This document shows, piece by piece, positions 59,526-64,000 of a stretch of DNA of 64,000 nucleotides. The number at the start of each line of letters is the position of its first letter. Within the stretch, counting starts at the first letter, position 1. Where the stretch lies: positions 12,911-76,910 of the forward strand of contig JBHELT010000060.1 in NCBI GenBank assembly GCA_046262935.1, read 5' to 3'. Source of the stretch: Actinomycetota bacterium (GTDB lineage: Bacteria > Actinomycetota > CADDZG01 > JAHWKV01). Under the pieces are notes generated by a model. It was not told where the DNA came from. It saw only the letters and a program-made list of their open reading frames with translations, and searched no databases. The translations under genes and the position numbers were made by a program.

Positions 59526-61445
59526 ATGAACCGCGTCGCCAGGATCATCTTCGGGATCGCCCTCATCGGGGCGACTTTCGCGCAGAACGAAGGACGGGCC
59601 GACGTGCACGTCATCGTCCCCACTATCGGGGGTGCGTTCCAGGTCGGCTTTGCGACCCGCAGCCTCGACCCATGTCCAACCTGTCCCCAGTACCTCGGGG
59701 GGTTCGGGGTTGGCGATCCGGTCGCGACCGTCCACGATCCGCTCCAAGTAAGGGTCATGGCGATCTCGAACGGGTTTAAGACCGTCGAACTCGCCATCGC
59801 CGACACGCAGGGTTGGTTCTCGGGCAACCAGGAAGGGCCATGGGGCAGTCACGACGCGCGCGTAGACGCGGCGGCGGCACTTGGGATCTCGTCGGGCGAC
59901 ATCATCATCTCTTCAACGCATTCGCACGCGGCCCCGACGATCATGGGTATCTGGGGGCCGACCGATCCCGATTATCTGAAACTGGTCCACGATCGAACCG
60001 TTGAAGCACTGGTCGATGCTGCAACGCATCTTCAGCCGGCGAAGTTGTATGCGGCGGAAGCTGACATCAGCGACACGATCATCAACAAGATCGAGCAGAC
60101 CGATGGTTATCAAGGGTGGAGGCCCGATGGCCGGACGCCGATCCTGTGGGCGCGTGATCCAGTTACCGATGCAACTCTTGGGATGTACGTCAATGTTCCG
60201 GTGCATGCTGATGTTGTGAATGGCGCGGGCCTGCACCAGATCTCTGCGGATCACATCGGTTTCGAGCGTGCCCTTCTCGACGCCGATCTCGGCGGCACAG
60301 CGGTTGTCGCTATGGGAACGCTCGGCCGGCAAGAAGGGATAGTGCAAACCGACGGTTTCGATGCATCGAATCGTCTTGCTACTTATGTCACCAACGAGGT
60401 CGAGCGCGCGCTTGCGAACGCGGTCGAAGTGACCGGCGGCCAGGTCGGCTCCGCTGAGACGTACATCAACGTTCCCGGAACCAACCCCGCGCTAGCGGCA
60501 CTGAATTACGGCAACGCCGCGCCGGGATGTCCGTGCGATCTAGATGTTTCGTGGACGATCAACCGTTCGCTCGCAGCGCCTTATCTTGTGGGCAGCAACT
60601 TCGGGACTTGGATCACAGCGCTTCGCATCGGGGACCTGGTTTATGCGAGCGAGCCGGGAGAGGCATTCCCGGAAGTGTCAACAGGGATCCGCAATGCATT
60701 CGGTGGGGCGGCCGATGTGCGCGTCATCGGGATGGCTCAGGATCAGCTGGGTTACTACTATCCGCCGGAAACTTATCCGTTCACTTTCACGAATCCCTCG
60801 GATCATCAGATCTACAACGCCAGCCTTGCGCTTGCCGATGCGAATGTCGATGCCCACGCTGCGAATGCTCTCTCACTCGGGTTCACGCCGAATCCGAATC
60901 ACGAGACCAACCAGTTCGACAACCCACAAGCGGTCGCTCATCCGGGCCTTCAGTGGTACCCCACCAAACGCGAGGGCGTGGCGCCGACGGTCGGCATCGA
61001 CGCATACACATCCGAACCCGCGCTCGGCGATGCGGTAAGCGGCGCAACTCTGGGCACCGGGCCGAAATTCGATAGCTGCCCGCGATCGATCAGTTGGAGT
61101 TGGGGCCAGACGACGACGGGCGGCGGATGCGGCCAGGTCCTTTCACACGGGTTCGGCGCGCCGGGGAGCTACATCGTCACCGCATCAACGACCGATCCGC
61201 GAACCGGTGAGATCATCCGGCATACGGGTTCGGTCACGATCGATCCACCGCTGACGGTCTCGGTTGCGCTCATCGGGGGCCAGTTGGTGCCCTCGATAAG
61301 TGGAGGTCAAGGAAGACTCCTCGGGGCGAAGTGGACATTCAGCGATTCGACGGTCGCGTGGGGACTGCATGTCGGCGATCGCGGCTTGACGGGGACCGTG
61401 ATCGTCGTTGACGGGGCCGGGAACAAGGCGACGACGACCTTCTGA
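59526..61445 (+). CDS. Secreted neutral/alkaline ceramidase-like hydrolase with a C-terminal PKD domain
   Basis: Signal peptide. IISSTHSHAAP resembles the ceramidase SATHTHSGP motif. C-terminal ~90 aa PKD-like (WSWGQTTTGGG...GSYIVTASTTD). Confidence 0.5.
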   Translation: MNRVARIIFGIALIGATFAQNEGRADVHVIVPTIGGAFQVGFATRSLDPCPTCPQYLGGFGVGDPVATVHDPLQVRVMAISNGFKTVELAIADTQGWFSGNQEGPWGSHDARVDAAAALGISSGDIIISSTHSHAAPTIMGIWGPTDPDYLKLVHDRTVEALVDAATHLQPAKLYAAEADISDTIINKIEQTDGYQGWRPDGRTPILWARDPVTDATLGMYVNVPVHADVVNGAGLHQISADHIGFERALLDADLGGTAVVAMGTLGRQEGIVQTDGFDASNRLATYVTNEVERALANAVEVTGGQVGSAETYINVPGTNPALAALNYGNAAPGCPCDLDVSWTINRSLAAPYLVGSNFGTWITALRIGDLVYASEPGEAFPEVSTGIRNAFGGAADVRVIGMAQDQLGYYYPPETYPFTFTNPSDHQIYNASLALADANVDAHAANALSLGFTPNPNHETNQFDNPQAVAHPGLQWYPTKREGVAPTVGIDAYTSEPALGDAVSGATLGTGPKFDSCPRSISWSWGQTTTGGGCGQVLSHGFGAPGSYIVTASTTDPRTGEIIRHTGSVTIDPPLTVSVALIGGQLVPSISGGQGRLLGAKWTFSDSTVAWGLHVGDRGLTGTVIVVDGAGNKATTTF

Positions 61446-61579
61446 TGCCCTAGGGCTTTAGTTATAAGGCGAGGACCTAAGCCCTCGGCTCCTGTCGAGT
61501 CGATCCGTTTCACCGTCGTGTATGAGTCTGGCCCATGTATGGCGCGGCAACGCCGGAGTCGACGGGAATGGCGGACACG

Positions 61580-62083
61580 TCACGATCGGGACTCGAGGAA
61601 TCCGGTGAGGATGACGAGATGCCCGGCGTCCTTCTCGCGACCAGCTGCCTTCTTGGACCGAATGATGTCCTCGATCGACGCGAGTGGGATCTTGACTCCA
61701 AGTCGGTCGATAACGATCGATTCCTCGAGCAGATCATCGTAACCAGTTGTTCCGTCTGGCAGAAAACAAATGTCGAAGGGACCAAACCGAGTGATGAATG
61801 TCATCGTTACCATTCCGGTGAAGGTCCTCTCGTCGAGTGCGATCTCGATCCCTTCATCGAGACCAGGCACGCGTAGTTTCGCTTCGAGGTCAGTTAACGC
61901 CCCAGCGAGCTTCTTGTTCGCAGCGTCTGCTGCGGGCGTCACGTCCAGATCCGCAGTGCGCGGCAAGGGCACTCCTTGAAGGATCGCGGCCACACCACCT
62001 ATGACGAGAAATTTCACCCGTCGGCGATTCAGAGCTTCGATGATTCGTTCGAAAGCGACCGGTGTTAGTCCGTCGTCGCTCAT
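61580..62083 (-). CDS. Minimal nucleotidyltransferase-fold protein
   Basis: VKFLVIGGVAAILQG...ADLDV (GG...D.D NTase core). C-terminal IRSKKAAGREKDAGHLVIL. Start ATG overlaps the upstream XRE gene stop (ATGA). Confidence 0.55.
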   Translation of the reverse strand: MSDDGLTPVAFERIIEALNRRRVKFLVIGGVAAILQGVPLPRTADLDVTPAADAANKKLAGALTDLEAKLRVPGLDEGIEIALDERTFTGMVTMTFITRFGPFDICFLPDGTTGYDDLLEESIVIDRLGVKIPLASIEDIIRSKKAAGREKDAGHLVILTGFLESRS

Positions 62084-62445
62084 GTCCCCGCAGTTTCCTG
62101 AGAGTCGGGTTGGCCGCTCCGCTTGGACGCTTTCAAACCCTTTCCAGCAGCCGCCATCAATCGACGATCGCGCTCGCGCGACAGTTCCTTCACCCGCGCC
62201 GGCAACCTTGATTCATACAGCCGGACCCAGTCGTCATGATCGTCGGCGGGCTCCAATCGGATCCGAAGATCCAGACCGGCTGCACGGATGACACGCGCAA
62301 GAGTGTCGAGCGACGGCGAACGCTTCCCGGTTTCGATGGCTGCGATCGCAGTCTGCGAAGTCTTCGCACGTCGAGCGAGTTCTCGTTGAGATAAGCCCTG
62401 TTGCTGTCTGCCTAGACGGATGAGGTTCCCGGCCCATTCACTCAT
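62080..62445 (-). CDS. XRE-family HTH protein translationally coupled to the nucleotidyltransferase
   Basis: From the internal ATG (MSEWAGNLIRLGRQQQGLSQRELARRAKTSQTAIAAIETGKRSPSLDTLARVIRAAGL). The longer ORF upstream is Arg-rich overlap junk. Confidence 0.6.
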   Translation of the reverse strand: MSEWAGNLIRLGRQQQGLSQRELARRAKTSQTAIAAIETGKRSPSLDTLARVIRAAGLDLRIRLEPADDHDDWVRLYESRLPARVKELSRERDRRLMAAAGKGLKASKRSGQPDSQETAGT

Positions 62446-62557
62446 AGATCTGATGATACCGTATCCGAGTTCAATGTAGATATCGATTGCGATATCGACG
62501 GGGAGGGCGACCCACTGGGTGGCATGTGCTAGCGCTGCTCGGGGGAGTCGGCCAAAA

Positions 62558-62992
62558 CTAACTGTGTTCGACCTTAGTGTTAGCCCGCGGCTTGCCGTGG
62601 GTCCTCGGGGTCTTGGATTTGACCGGGGCGCGCTTTCCGGTTTTCGCACTTACTCCCGGCCTGCGTTTGATTCCTGAAGCCTGTTCTCGCTTGCTATCAA
62701 GGGGTTCGAATACCACAACCGGTCTCATCCCGAGGCCCTTTGCGATCTTGCCGAGCGTATCGAGTGTCGGGCTCACGGTGCCGCCTTCTATCCGCGAAAT
62801 GACCGCCTGCCCGGGACCACTTCGAAGAGCGAGCTCCGTTTGGCTCAAGCCCGCATCCCGCCTGGCCCTCGCAAGGGCGCGCCCAGCCTCCCGCGTCGCA
62901 TCGGCGGCTTCGTAAGCAACCCTCCATTCGGGGTCGGCCATCACCTGTTCTGCGATGAAGTCGTGGAGTGTCACCTGCGTTCTTCTAGCCAA
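62558..62992 (-). CDS. HigA-like XRE-family HTH antitoxin
   Basis: LSQTELALRSGPGQAVISRIEGGTVSPTLDTLGKIAKGLG. Its start lies 22 nt inside the upstream toxin gene. Confidence 0.6.
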   Translation of the reverse strand: MARRTQVTLHDFIAEQVMADPEWRVAYEAADATREAGRALARARRDAGLSQTELALRSGPGQAVISRIEGGTVSPTLDTLGKIAKGLGMRPVVVFEPLDSKREQASGIKRRPGVSAKTGKRAPVKSKTPRTHGKPRANTKVEHS

Positions 62993-63270
62993 CGCTCCAT
63001 CCTTTCTAGTGCTCGTTTGAGATCCGTGGTTGGGATCGAATCAGTCTTCTTCTGAAAGATGTGTGTCACGACGATGACGCGGCGGCCCTCTTCGAAGAAC
63101 AACGTCCTAGCGATGGAGTGTCGCCAAGCCGACCGCAGCTCCCACAGTGCAGTTCCACGGATCTTGTGAAGACGCTTCTCCGGAAGGGATAGTCCGAACT
63201 GTTCGAGGTCCTTGAGGTCCTGAACCACCTCGGTTGCCAGGTCGAGATTCTTGCGCCGCAGCGAGATCAA
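62971..63270 (-). CDS. HigB-like RelE/ParE-superfamily toxin (Gp49-like)
   Basis: IRGTALWELRSAWRHSIARTLFFEEGRRVIVVTHIFQKKTDSIPTTDLKRALERMERW matches the HigB/Gp49 pattern. Toxin-first gene order. Confidence 0.65.
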   Translation of the reverse strand: MISLRRKNLDLATEVVQDLKDLEQFGLSLPEKRLHKIRGTALWELRSAWRHSIARTLFFEEGRRVIVVTHIFQKKTDSIPTTDLKRALERMERWLEERR

Positions 63271-63342
63271 CTCCTCAACAACCGGATTCGATTTCCTCGA
63301 AACGGCAGAACAACACCTCCCATCCGTCGAAGGAAATTCATT

Positions 63343-63358
63343 ATGACTGATAAGTCAT
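63343..63358. promoter_or_regulatory. Inverted repeat ATGACT-GATA-AGTCAT in the promoter region of the higB-like operon (candidate operator)
   Basis: 6-bp arms and 4-bp spacer, ~75 bp upstream of the toxin start on the minus strand. Confidence 0.4.
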
Positions 63359-63483
63359 AGCCGGTCTAGCCCTGGATTTCGCCGCACGGCAGTTAACTTA
63401 CCTACGGGGTATGACAGTTAGAACTTGGGTCCATCCGCTACTCCGTCTGAGGGGACGTGGATGGTGGAGAGACTGAACCATCC

Positions 63484-63801
63484 CTACTTCGACGCCTTCT
63501 CCTGGTCCTCAGACTCAGAGACGTCAACAAAGGGGTCTTGGCCCGCCGCCTCGAAGTCGCCATGTAGTACCGATGGATCGAGATCAAGCCCGTTCGGCCA
63601 GACGACTGTCTTGCTCTGTGGATCCACCTTCACTTGTTCGAAGAAAGTTGGGTCGTCGAGTTCCTCGAACATCGGGCCCTTAGCGAACGCAGTTCGAAAC
63701 TCGAAAGTTCTCACGATGCCGTCTTCGAATGTAACTGTCATGACGTGAGGCCGCGGAACGTCTACTTTGGCTACGTGCGGTATGTCGAAGTGAGCTTTCA
63801 T
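63484..63801 (-). CDS. DUF2442-domain protein
   Basis: VAKVDVPRPHVMTVTFEDGIVRTFEF...FFEQVKVDPQSKTVVWPNGLDLDP matches DUF2442. Confidence 0.65.
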   Translation of the reverse strand: MKAHFDIPHVAKVDVPRPHVMTVTFEDGIVRTFEFRTAFAKGPMFEELDDPTFFEQVKVDPQSKTVVWPNGLDLDPSVLHGDFEAAGQDPFVDVSESEDQEKASK

Positions 63802-64000
63802 GGCAGTGGCTCAATTGTACCGACGACCTGACCTTCACTAGCACTAGCCCAGGCCCCAAGCAGCTCTTGCCTATGCAGCTCCATCCAAGTTCGAAGCATG
63901 CGCATCGCCCGAGGGGGGACGGTCCCTTTGATGACGGACATGTCTTGGATCTCCACGATGACTTCCTCTCCAGCGTAGATCGCGTGAATGTGTGGAGGGT
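63798..64000 (-). CDS. DUF4160-domain protein, partial (N-terminus beyond the window edge)
   Basis: Minus-strand translation HIHAIYAGEEVIVEIQDMSVIKGTVPPRAMRMLRTWMELHRQELLGAW...IEPLP*. Its stop overlaps the DUF2442 start (ATGA). Confidence 0.6.
   Translation of the reverse strand, partial: PPHIHAIYAGEEVIVEIQDMSVIKGTVPPRAMRMLRTWMELHRQELLGAWASASEGQVVGTIEPLP

Overview
High-GC (~60%) chromosomal window with an actinobacterial character. Gene order matches Mycobacterium-type loci at several points (judged from memory, no database run): mec-cysO-cysM-murI-MBL-rph-rdgB; manB-SIS isomerase-ahcY next to whiB and DUF3499; ftsE-ftsX ... smpB-ssrA; hpf-secA-prfB.

Most of the window is core housekeeping. 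Interspersed accessory or degraded patches:
- A ~1.3 kb lower-GC insertion into the 3' end of a fumarylacetoacetate hydrolase (FAH)-family gene, flanked by a ~105-bp direct repeat of that gene's terminus.
- An orphan Phd/YefM antitoxin with a decayed VapC.
- A patatin-like phospholipase convergent with an HD-GYP protein.
- An AT-rich patch with two tiny Zn-ribbon genes and a cell-surface protein.
- An island remnant (frameshifted ATPase gene) abutting the 3' end of tmRNA.
- A lower-GC 0.75 kb HTH-protein gene wedged between tRNA-His and tRNA-Lys and reading into the tRNA-Lys gene.
- A toxin-antitoxin-rich islet at the 3' edge: an XRE-nucleotidyltransferase coupled pair, a HigB/HigA-like pair, and a DUF4160/DUF2442 pair.

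Recoding and unusual features seen directly in the sequence:
- selD with an in-frame TGA at the catalytic Cys position, which I read as selenocysteine, with a candidate SECIS hairpin downstream.
- The classic prfB programmed +1 frameshift site.
- A tmRNA whose apparent tag reading frame is only two codons long.
- An Erm-family 23S rRNA methyltransferase gene and a small metallothionein gene.

No CRISPR array, no rRNA, and no intact integrase or transposase were seen. All functional calls are motif- and memory-based; none was searched against a database.
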